Assembly: GCF_011745625.1 (NCBI RefSeq)
Contig: NW_027191452.1
Span: forward strand, 372,001-436,000
DNA: 64,000 nucleotides
DNA from: Cladosporium halotolerans
Lineage: Eukaryota
Direction: 5' to 3'
The notes under the pieces are model-generated. The model was given only the letters and a program-made list of their open reading frames with translations. It ran no database searches and was not told where the DNA came from. Below, in pieces: positions 13,006 through 22,333 of the stretch. Both the position numbers and the translations under genes were made by a program. Numbering within the stretch: position 1 is the first letter of the stretch; each line of letters starts with the position of its first letter.

Positions 13006-13596
13006 AATCTGTGCCTCTCTCTAATGTGTAGAGGCATGTTAGCGGATCGTCTGTTATCTGCTTATAGCGATAGTCGCGTCTGCACATTGCAGCTTCCCGC
13101 TAATGCATTACCCGGCAGTCACGTCTGTTTTGAACGTCGTTTCCATTTTATCTATCGACACTGTTGCGCCATCGCTGGCAGGCCGCCGCCCTTGCCTTCT
13201 TCGATCCTACTATCACACATTGGCGCAATGCGACGGGTTGCCGCACATCAATTCGGACATATGTCACGATTTTGAGCTGCCATAATCGCTTCTCCAAGGC
13301 GGTTAGCTGACCGTGTAATTCACATGGTCAAACAGAGTGACTAGGGATCACGTGATATCCTATCGTGACGGAAACGCCCCGCCAAATGCCCTTGAAGCGC
13401 GAGGCAAGCCGGCCAGGCTGCGATCGCGCGTCAAAGCCGCGACATCTCGAACATTGTTCTTAAACCGCAAACAAAGTCAAGCTCCTATTTTTCTTACTCC
13501 ACCGTTCGCCCCAAACACCAAGACACAAAACACCGCCTGCGAACGGCTTCCGACGTCTTTACTTCTCCACATCGCGCTCGAAGTACTTCAATCGCA

Positions 13597-14734
13597 ATGG
13601 CGGACAACAAGAAGCAGGCGCCGGTTTCGTTCGACGACATTATCAAGGCTGGTGCGTATCTCAATTGCGCAGTGGCCACACCAGGCTCGTAGCTAACAGT
13701 ATCTGCCTAAGGTCGCCAGAAGCGCAGAAATGAGCAGCTCGCTCAGGACATTTTTGGGAAGAACCGCCGCTCGAGCGCGCCGGCCGCGGGAAACATCAAG
13801 AAAGCGCCGCTCGGAGGCAGCCTGGCGAGCAGAGTCGGAGTAACGAAGGTAACATTGAATACTAAATGAAGATTGCGAACAATCACGCTGACGTCCACAT
13901 CAGCGCACAGCATCGATCCCTCGCTCAAATAGCGCGACGCCTCGCAATGGCCGCGGTCCTACTAAACCCCCGCCCAGCAACACCATGCGCGGCGCGAAAG
14001 CACCCACGAGAGTCACAGAGCAAAAGAGCAACACTTTCGGAGGCAATAAGGGCGCTGTAAATGGTGGCAGCATCAGCATAAGAGGCGCTGCGGGCGGACC
14101 ATATGTCGTTGTTGCCAGCAACTTCGCTCCTGGAACCACTGCGGCCGACATTGAGAGTGTCATGCGCAGCGTCGGCGGCGATCTGCAATTCTGCCGGCTC
14201 CTGGCTGCTCAGCCTACGGTGATCGCGGAAATGGGATTCTCGGATGTTGCAGATGCGGACAAAGTGATTGAGACGTTCAACAACAAGAGGGTGGGTTTTC
14301 CGACACAAGTCACTTCATAACTTCATACACTGACGTTTCCAAAGGCCGACGGACGTTTGCTTCACGTCTACTACAAGGATAACAGCGCCGCGGCGCCCAA
14401 AATAGTCACACAGGCCGTCGAGCAGCCGCTGGCCGTGGACGAGGACGAGGTTATGCAGGTCGACGACACCGCTGATTCGCGCGAAGCCGAGAACCGTTTG
14501 CGCGAGGAGCGCAGGGGAAGAGACGACAGAGATCGCCGCGACGTCTTCCCAACCGGCCCGAGAGGCGGCAGGGGTTATTACGAGGATTGGGAAGGAGCCA
14601 GACCTCAGCCGAGATACAACGATGGGCGCTACGGATATCCCGCAGGTCCTGGCGGTTACGGTCCGAGGGACAGGTTCCCAGCGGGGCCAAGATACGGGCG
14701 CGGCGGCGCTGGCGGCCAGAACTGGAGAGGCTGA
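13597..14734 (+). CDS. Putative RNA-binding protein with an RRM-like domain and RGG-rich tail (4 exons)
   Basis: MADNKKQAPVSFDDIIKA...GGSLASRVGVTK...ISIRGAAGGPYVVVASNFAPGTTAADIESVM...FNNKRADGRLLHVY, ending in an RGG/YG-rich C-terminus. Three GT-AG introns at about 13652-13710, 13849-13902 and 14291-14344. Confidence 0.75.
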
Positions 14735-14990
14735 GCAAGGAAACATCAGTCAGGAAGGGAGACGACGAGCTTTTACCTATGCACCTGCCGCATCGCTGGG
14801 CCGCTTCATCAAGTCGCCTCCATGCGCCGCGCGATTATGGAGTTCCGCATGTAAGATTATTGGAGTCGCAACCGAACGACCACTAGGTTGGCCAGCAGAG
14901 CCAGTCAGACAGGAACGTCCTGTCAGAGGGAGTCAACAACCCCTGAAAGTAATTCTCGATACTAAATGAATCAAGCAGCACCAATGACTG

Positions 14991-16067
14991 TTACCGCCTT
15001 AACACGGGTATCTTATCTCCGCATCCCCACCGTTCTTCTACCATGTCGATGAGCTCCATCAGGTCTTTGCACTCTCCCAGCGCCCTCTTCTGCTTTTTCC
15101 CCATGCCCTCCATCTTTGCCGTCATCTCGCAGACGTGGTACAAAACGAGCGGAAATGGAATCGGGCATCTTATCGCATAGCCCACGAACATCTGCACGCA
15201 TTCAACAGGCGTCACATCATACCCCGCGAACATGGCAGGATTCTCGAGCATGCCTCGTGCCGCCATCACACCGTCCACGCCAGTCCGTGTAGCGATCTCG
15301 TTAACGCCCTTGAGCGTGTATGCATCGCCATTCGCCACAATCGGCACGCTCGCAAACTCCTTCAGAATCCGCACCGCTTCATAGTTGGGCGGCGTGCTGG
15401 AGCGCTGGGCCTTCAACCGCCCGTGAATCGTGATATAGTCGACGCCGGCGTCCTGCACCGCCGTGATCCAGCGCTTCGTCTTCTCCAAATCCTTCGCGAT
15501 GCGGATCTTGACGCTGACGCTCTTGCCCAGAGGCGCGAGCTCGGCTTTCGCCGCCCGCACGAGCTCCGCGACCCGCTCGGGCTCCTCCATCAGCTGGCAT
15601 CCGATGCCTTCCTTGATTGCCCAGGGTTGCGGGCAGCCGCAGTTCAGGTTCACGCCGTCGACCCAGGGTTCGATGAGGACGGAGGCCCGCGTGAAGTCTT
15701 CGACGGACGAGGAGGCGAACTGCGCTACTAGGACGTGGGGCCGGTTGTCGTGCGGTGTTGTTTGCCGTTCTTGCGGGTGGGTTGTGAAGTCGCTGTCGCG
15801 GGCGATGTCGCTACGGATGAACTCGTGGGCGAGCATCATGGGTGTGTACAGTACGTCGGTGGCGTAGTGGCGGGCGACCATCCGGAAAGGCAGTTTCGAG
15901 TAGCTGACGGGGACTGTTAGAAGAAGCACTCATACAGATGCCTGGAATGAGGTTGTGTCCTTACCGCACCATGGGCGCCGAGACTGAATGATAGTTAGCG
16001 GGAGCTCAAGTGAGGAGATGATCAGAAAAACACCTACCATGAAGAGGTCTTCCTTCGACTTTGGCAT
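14991..16067 (-). CDS. DUS4: tRNA-dihydrouridine(20a/20b) synthase
   Basis: Two short 5' exons reconstruct SAPMVRYSKLPFR. Also YTPMMLA, QFAS, NLNCGCPQ (catalytic Cys), SVKIR, ITIHGR, VANGD and GVMAARG motifs. The start codon at 16067 is predicted. Confidence 0.85.
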
Positions 16068-16983
16068 TATCGAAGAGTGAGAGGATACTGAAGGAAAGGA
16101 AGATGTCAAAATCAAGAGACCAACAGAATACTCGTTGTTCATTCGTTTACTGGTCTACGAAGGCATACCATCCACGCGAACGTAAAGCACGATTCGTTGT
16201 CTTGCGTAGGAGTCACCTACCGTGGCCGAGGAGGTGTGTTGCCGTTCAGCTTAAGGCCATCCATCTTGGGTATCGTCTACTGGGAATTGACCTGCAATTT
16301 ACCAGTATCACACGAGCCGTATCGTCTGCAAACAGTACACATAGCAAAAGATGCCGTACCGTATCATTCTCTTTCTCCCAAAAGCCGTGATACAGCATTC
16401 GCCAGCGCGAGTCAGTTTGGCTTCCGGCAAAGCCAAGCCCTGCGGCCAGGCTGGACTGTGATTGGCGCGCATTCTGACGGGAACAAAGTGACTTTATCTG
16501 GCGCGTCAGCGCGTCCCTTTCGTTGGGTTGAGCCTCGGGCGCTCGTCTCACTTTTTTCCCTCGCGTGCCTGGTACATGCCCAGGTACCTACGGTGTGGCG
16601 ACAGCACGCTGTGTTGCACCGCGTGAGATGCACCAGCATTGACGCTGTGCAGCGGCGACTACACCAATATCAACAAATACTGCTGAGCTGAGCACTCAGC
16701 GCACTTCGCCGACTCCCTCGCCATGTGAACGAGACCTGGTCGCACAAGCGTTTGACGAAGACGACATAGGTACCTCTCTGCCGCAATTGCGCCGACCCTG
16801 ATCGCTCCCGTCCTTATCATCATCATGGCGCGAGAAGGCATAAGGGGTGGTGTGCTGCTGCGATAGCGGCCTTGCTTTGACTCACGCCATGAACTCTCTT
16901 CCAAATACCTACGCAGCCTAAGTACACTTCTTCTTTGTTTACATCCCGCGCGTCTCCTCACCACCGTCCTCCTCACCTTTCCA

Positions 16984-17991
16984 ATGAGGCCCTCGTACAC
17001 TTCGTGTGCAGAGCACTTCCGCGCCCAGAAGTCTCCTCGCCAGTACAAATGGCTGCCATTGGCCGCAGAAACCCCTACGCCCACCATGATACCAGGCGAC
17101 TCGCCATTTCTCCGTCTCCCGACCGAGATTCGATTACAGATCTACAGTCTGCTCGTTCTGCCCCACGAACATAATGATCTCCTCCCGTCCTATGAAAAGA
17201 TATCTGCGAGCGCTCAAGACTGTTTCGATTACGACAGAACAATGCCAGGAACCACCCGTCCAGCTACAGCGGACATTCACAATCCGACGCTGCGTCTTCG
17301 CACTATAGATCCTCTTCGATATGACCAGCGTTCAGGCAGAGTACAAGAACAACAAGTGCGGAGTGCCTACAGTGTGCATGGCGACCGCTTCCGTGCACGA
17401 TGTCTGGGGACAACATACCACTGCGTAAACAATTCAACTATCAACGAGGGCATTGGCATACTGGGCACGAATAAGCAGATACACTCCGAGGTTGCGGAGC
17501 TGCTCTACAGCCACTACAAATTCGACTTCGATACCCATGTCGAAGCCATTGTGCCATTCTTGCAAGATCTCACGCCTTTCTCGCGCTCATGTATCAGGTC
17601 AATACGCATTGTGAAGCGCCCATTGGTGTTCGAGAAAGAGTTCGACAGATGTGAGTGGGCAAATGCAATGCAGTACCTGAGCCAGCCGGAATGCGGCATG
17701 AACCTGCGGAGCCTGGATCTTGGTATTGTTGCTGGTAGACCTGGTCTTCGCGGTTGGGACTTGGTTCCTGCTTACACTGCTTCCGACTTCCGGACCTTGA
17801 AGAGCATGGAGGGTATGGAATGGTTGCGCGAGTTGTTGGAGATCAAGGGACTTCAGGAGCTGAACCTGAGCACCATAGTCGAGCACTGCCCGCCAGCGAC
17901 GAACAGCATGGCTATGGCTGGCTACATCCGGTTTTCGGCAAGCATTGAGCATGGATTGTCAAAATTTCTGAGAAGCGAAATGTTAGCTTGA
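16984..17991 (+). CDS. Hypothetical protein with an N-terminal F-box-like motif
   Basis: 335-aa intronless ORF with SPFLRLPTEIRLQIYSLL and ILGTNKQIHSEVAELLYSHYKFDF, motifs typical of fungal F-box-like hypothetical families. Confidence 0.75.
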   Translation: MRPSYTSCAEHFRAQKSPRQYKWLPLAAETPTPTMIPGDSPFLRLPTEIRLQIYSLLVLPHEHNDLLPSYEKISASAQDCFDYDRTMPGTTRPATADIHNPTLRLRTIDPLRYDQRSGRVQEQQVRSAYSVHGDRFRARCLGTTYHCVNNSTINEGIGILGTNKQIHSEVAELLYSHYKFDFDTHVEAIVPFLQDLTPFSRSCIRSIRIVKRPLVFEKEFDRCEWANAMQYLSQPECGMNLRSLDLGIVAGRPGLRGWDLVPAYTASDFRTLKSMEGMEWLRELLEIKGLQELNLSTIVEHCPPATNSMAMAGYIRFSASIEHGLSKFLRSEMLA

Positions 17992-18666
17992 TTGGGGGCG
18001 CTTGGTGCTGATAGAGATAGACCATGGGTTTCATAGAGGGTACCCTTGAAGGTAACGAGATATATGATTAGACACGATAAGACATGAAGGAACATCAAGC
18101 ACACGCCAGCACGTGGCAGCTCACGAATGCACGGAATCTGCATGGACCTTCTTCATCAGTACACCGCATCCACGTACTTCGCAATCACATCTTTCCTCCG
18201 CGTTCTCCACTGCAATGCAACATTCTGTCCACGAAACAGAGATACCGGCTGGCTCCGTCTTGATTGCCAACCGAGGATATCGAAAATGCACATCCGTAAG
18301 TTTGGAGAGCGTTGATCTCTGAAGCCAAAAAATCAAGCGGCCCCACGCAATGATGGCATCGACCAACGTCTTTTCGGGCCTCTTATCGACTTTTTGCACA
18401 CAGACCGACGGAACCAAATGCCGCATTCTCCACTTTCGCGACAAACTACGCTCAAAGAGGTGATTCTTGCTTGTCATCGCGTGCGATTCGCGATAAAAAA
18501 AATGAAGGGTTCAGTGGCCGAGCGGTGGCCGGTGTTGCTCGAGTCAACAAAAGGTCGCATTGGGTTTGCGGTAGAAGGGTACATGTAGGTGTTGCTTTCC
18601 CTCCTTATCAGTGCTTGTCCCCTCCACGCCTCCGACGTGATCCATCTGCAATCGCTGTTGTTCAAA

Positions 18667-19818
18667 ATGTTTGCCAAAAAAGCTCTCACTCTCACGGCGC
18701 TGCTGTCAGTTGCACTGGCAAAGCCGACGCCTTCGTCTTCAGACAACTCGACATCAAGCTCCAATGGAACCACAACTTCCGTGAAGCCAAAGGTCATCCT
18801 GGATAACGACTGGTCCCCTGCTGGTTTCCTTCCCTATGCTCAGGCTCTTTCAGCCGGCTGGGATGTCATTGGCGTCACTTCTTCCACCGCCAACACCTGG
18901 GCACGTCAGACTGCCTACCACGCCCTGGCAACCCTCGAGAGAGGCAACCTCAGCTGCATCCCGGTCTTTAAGGGATCCGACTACCCTCTCTTGAACACCC
19001 CCAAGCTCTTCCAGGCCTGGGAAGAGGTCCATGGTATGCTGGCATGGGAGGGCGCTTTTGCGCCTGTGAACTCGTCGACCGAGAACCCGGACCCGACCAG
19101 CGGCAACCCAGACCGTCTCGTCCGTTCTGCTTTCACCGCTGGCTTCCCGAACACCACCGTGCAGGACATCAGCGCCGCCGAGTTCCTGGTCCAGAGCGTG
19201 CGCAAGTACCCCGGCCAAGTGAGCATCTACGCCGCCGGCGCTCTGACCAACATCGCGCTCGCCATCCGCATCGACGCCAACTTCGCCGCCAATGCCCGCG
19301 AGTTGATCATCATGGGCGGCTACCTGGACACCAACCTCCTTCAGACAACCGGTAGCGTGCTGCTCGCCGACCTCCAGTCCGACATCAACCTGATGATTGA
19401 CCCCGAGGCCGCCAAGATCGCTCTCACGGCCGACTGGCGCAACGTCACCGTCACCGGCAACGTCGCAAACCAGGTCCTGATCGGCCCTGAGTTCTTCGGC
19501 GCGATGGCGAACCAGACTTCGAACGCGTACACCGAGATCCTGGCCACGTACCCGACGCAGTTCCCGCTGTGGGACGAGACGGCCGCCGCGCTGATGGTCG
19601 AGCCGAGCCTGGCGACGAATGTCACGGAGTTCTACATCGATGTCGACACGAGCTATGCGAGCCCGACGTACGGCAACATCCACGCGTACCAGGAGGCGTT
19701 GAAGCCGGCCGCCCAGGATCTGAAGAAGATCAGGTATGTCGTCGAGGTGGACGAGGAGGGTGTCAAGGAGAACGTCAGGAGGGCTGTGCTTGAGCCTGTC
19801 AGCTGTGCGGACTTCTAG
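18667..19818 (+). CDS. Secreted inosine/uridine-preferring nucleoside hydrolase family protein
   Basis: Signal peptide MFAKKALTLTALLSVALA; KVILDND, GALTNIALA, LIIMGG, INLMIDPEAAKI and PLWDETAA motifs; several N-glycosylation sequons; strong codon bias. Confidence 0.85.
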   Translation: MFAKKALTLTALLSVALAKPTPSSSDNSTSSSNGTTTSVKPKVILDNDWSPAGFLPYAQALSAGWDVIGVTSSTANTWARQTAYHALATLERGNLSCIPVFKGSDYPLLNTPKLFQAWEEVHGMLAWEGAFAPVNSSTENPDPTSGNPDRLVRSAFTAGFPNTTVQDISAAEFLVQSVRKYPGQVSIYAAGALTNIALAIRIDANFAANARELIIMGGYLDTNLLQTTGSVLLADLQSDINLMIDPEAAKIALTADWRNVTVTGNVANQVLIGPEFFGAMANQTSNAYTEILATYPTQFPLWDETAAALMVEPSLATNVTEFYIDVDTSYASPTYGNIHAYQEALKPAAQDLKKIRYVVEVDEEGVKENVRRAVLEPVSCADF

Positions 19819-20157
19819 AGTGCCGAGGGCAGGATTTGGTGCTAGATGTATTCTTAGTAATGTTAGCATATAATTGTTCATGATATTTGTTTTGTGATGC
19901 ACAGTTCTCTCTAGAAATGAGTTTGTCCAGTCAGGGTGGGTGCTCTAGTCCTGGGATCAATGTTCACACCTTACATAGTCGAACTCGGCTTGTACGTTGG
20001 GCGGCAGGGCTTCGACAAATACACTTGACGACAAACGCGAAATTGTACCAAAAAAAGACAGAGACGGACGCAGAAATATCTTGTTGCTGCACTTGATACA
20101 CTGGAAAGATCAAAGGGCTCAGGAAAACTGACTTGCGTTGGTGCTTTGCACTCATAG

Positions 20158-20177
20158 CTAACCCCAACCCTAACCCT
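20158..20177 (+). repeat. Short degenerate telomere-like (CCCTAA) tract
   Basis: CTAACC-CCAACC-CTAACC-CT, about 160 bp upstream of the ATG at 20337. Confidence 0.4.
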
Positions 20178-20336
20178 TTGAACCCCACTCGCTTGAGTGG
20201 AATCGTGCATGTGATCCCGACAGCTGCGCCGAGCTCGCTCCAATATCAACCGGAAGCTCGATACATTCGACTTCTTGAGCGCGTGCTTTACTCGGAAGTA
20301 TAACACTCATTCGCTCTAGCGATAGACTTATTAATA

Positions 20337-20987
20337 ATGGCCATGAACTTTGCCCCATACCAATCTTCTCCACCAGAATCCACTCGCGCCCTCTCACCAC
20401 CCCTCCGCTCTCCCACAACGTCACCCAAACCACAGCAAGTCAGACCCCAACAAAACCTCGCATCCGTCACTAGCCCACGAGAAGAAGATCCCTGGGCGGC
20501 AGCGCGCGCACAGCGTCTACCTTCGCCTTCACAATATGCAGACGACGAGGAGCTAGGCACGGGCGGATACACAGACATAGAACGAGACCCCCGACACAAC
20601 GATTATCTTGACAACCGCGGCGATGTATACACGTACACTGGCAACTCGTCGCTCTTCGAAACGTCCCTCGGCATCTCGCTGCAAATAGAGGCATGTCTGG
20701 CGTACGTCGTGCTGCCGCCCGCGGGCGGGGTCATATTGCTGCTTTTCGAGCACAAGAGCGATTACGTCCGGTTCCATGCGTGGCAGAGCTCGCTGGTGTT
20801 TGGTGCTTTGTTCTTGATACATGTGGTGTTTAGTTGGACGTCTATTATAAGCTGGATGCTGTTCGCTTTCGACATTTTCCTTATTGGGTATCTATCACTC
20901 GGAGCCTGGAGGCACGCGGAGACGCTGGACAGGGTAGAGGTTCCTTACTTTGGGAGACTGGCGAGTAGTTTTGTGGACGACGAATAA
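20337..20987 (+). CDS. Small membrane protein, UPF0132/DUF4870-like
   Basis: MNFAPYQSSPPE N-terminus; FETSLGISLQIEACLAYVVLPPAGGVILLLFEHKSDYVRFHAWQS; about three TM segments; C-terminus ...GRLASSFVDDE. Confidence 0.8.
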   Translation: MAMNFAPYQSSPPESTRALSPPLRSPTTSPKPQQVRPQQNLASVTSPREEDPWAAARAQRLPSPSQYADDEELGTGGYTDIERDPRHNDYLDNRGDVYTYTGNSSLFETSLGISLQIEACLAYVVLPPAGGVILLLFEHKSDYVRFHAWQSSLVFGALFLIHVVFSWTSIISWMLFAFDIFLIGYLSLGAWRHAETLDRVEVPYFGRLASSFVDDE

Positions 20988-21805
20988 GTGAGAGCTTCAG
21001 CTGCGCTGCATATTGGAGACCCGATGTAGATTTAAGTGAACTACAGACGAAAAAAAGAGCCATGAAACCTCGGGACGAAGTCACACTCGGCGGGCTAGCA
21101 CACCATTGACTTCAGGTCACTGTTGCGCAGACACCTCTCATAGGCTAGGTGATGTCTTGCCACCGAAGGGCCATTCGAAACACAGTCAGACAACGGTCAT
21201 TCACTACTCAGGCGGACAAAACACTGTCATAATTTGCCCATACTGTAAGTCAAGCGCTCGGTACTTGAATGTGTACCATCCCAATCTCACTTGTACGCCT
21301 TCTTACACGTTCCTGGCACACCCTGGGATCCCATCAAGAATCGATTGAATCTACATCCCCATTTGGTGTGTAGATAGTGACGAACAACAACCCTCCACGC
21401 CTTGGCCTTCTCAGTACAATCCCAACCTTCTCGGCAGTATCTGCAAAGAACAGGAGTAACGAACCTGCTATTCTTCACAGAAAGAGATTGACGTCGGCCG
21501 ACGCGGACAATTCACCAATTAGCATATGTGAAGAGTCGCCATGATTGCGCCTGAACCTCATAGATGATGGCAAACGCCACTTCGCATCTCGAACTCACGA
21601 CCGGGTCCCAGTGATCCTGGATGAGTTGATCGCCAGGAGTTCGGAACTTCGGACCCAGCCTACTATATTATGTCCGGAATAGAATAACAGTTGAATATGG
21701 AGAGCATGCTGTTCTTGCTGAGGATGTTAAGTAGAATGCGCAATGGACGTTAGGCGAACCGTTCCGCGTCTCCTTTACTTGACAGTTCCAGAGGGGTTAT
21801 GCTCT

Positions 21806-21815
21806 ATCACGTGAT
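21806..21815. promoter_or_regulatory. Palindromic E-box ATCACGTGAT (bHLH site of the Cbf1/SREBP type)
   Basis: Perfect 10-bp palindrome. An identical copy lies at 13347-13356 in a divergent promoter. This copy sits between two convergent gene ends, about 240 bp upstream of the candidate ncRNA. Confidence 0.4.
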
Positions 21816-22053
21816 TCGCGTCATTTCACTTAACCTCACCTCACACCCTTGACATATCCCATCCGCAGCAACGGCGAGCACAGCCAGTAACAGTAACAAT
21901 ATCTAGCCAATATTGATAATCACATATGTACTGTACTCTGCATCACCCACACAACCCAGACCCACATTACCTACCCCCTACCTCCTCCCAACCCCCACGC
22001 TCCCCACGCCCTCACCTCACTTATATATTATTGTGCAAACCGAATGACACAAC

Positions 22054-22273
22054 CAGAGCACGAGCAGGCGCTTTAGTCCTGCGTGGCGTAGTGGTAAGCC
22101 GCGCGAGACCGGGCTACAGCTGTAGCCCTTCGCCAGTGACCGAGGACTGTTCATGGCCCGCCCCACCGAAAGCAAAATCCGCTGTGAGAGAGCGATTTTC
22201 TTGACACCCCCCGAGCGAGGCGGGGTGGTTCTTTTGCTGGGGATTCGAGCCCGGGGTGCTTCTGTCGTTTTTT
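22054..22273 (+). ncRNA. Candidate structured Pol III-type non-coding RNA (family not recognised)
   Basis: TATA-like TTATATATTA at 22021-22030; perfect A-box TGGCGTAGTGG at 22084-22094; B-box-like GGATTCGAGCCC at 22241-22252; T6 at 22268-22273; at least six compatible helices, including 5'/3' end pairing. Confidence 0.55.
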
Positions 22274-22306
22274 GGTCTTTGTCTTTTTATGGTGGAAGGA
22301 AGGAAA

Positions 22307-22322
22307 GGGGGGGGGGGGGGGG
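22307..22322 (+). repeat. G16 homopolymer
   Basis: Sixteen consecutive G after GGAAGGAAGGAAA, 11 bp from the GH3 stop codon. Confidence 0.9.
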
Positions 22323-22333
22323 TTATGCATGCT

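Noticed and set aside
18850..19902. 350-aa antisense ORF over the nucleoside hydrolase
   Set aside because: Antisense shadow caused by strong C/G third-position codon bias.
20158..20177. Telomerase RNA template (CCCTAACCCT)
   Set aside because: It lies in an intergenic gap of about 520 bp, just before a CDS. That is too little room for the long filamentous-fungal telomerase RNA, and no downstream pseudoknot is evident.
22054..22273. Candidate RNA read as a canonical or Sec tRNA, RNase P/MRP, SRP, U snRNA, hammerhead or TPP riboswitch
   Set aside because: The seven bases before the A-box have no acceptor partner at the 3' end, there is no proper anticodon loop, and I could not see the diagnostic conserved cores of the other families.
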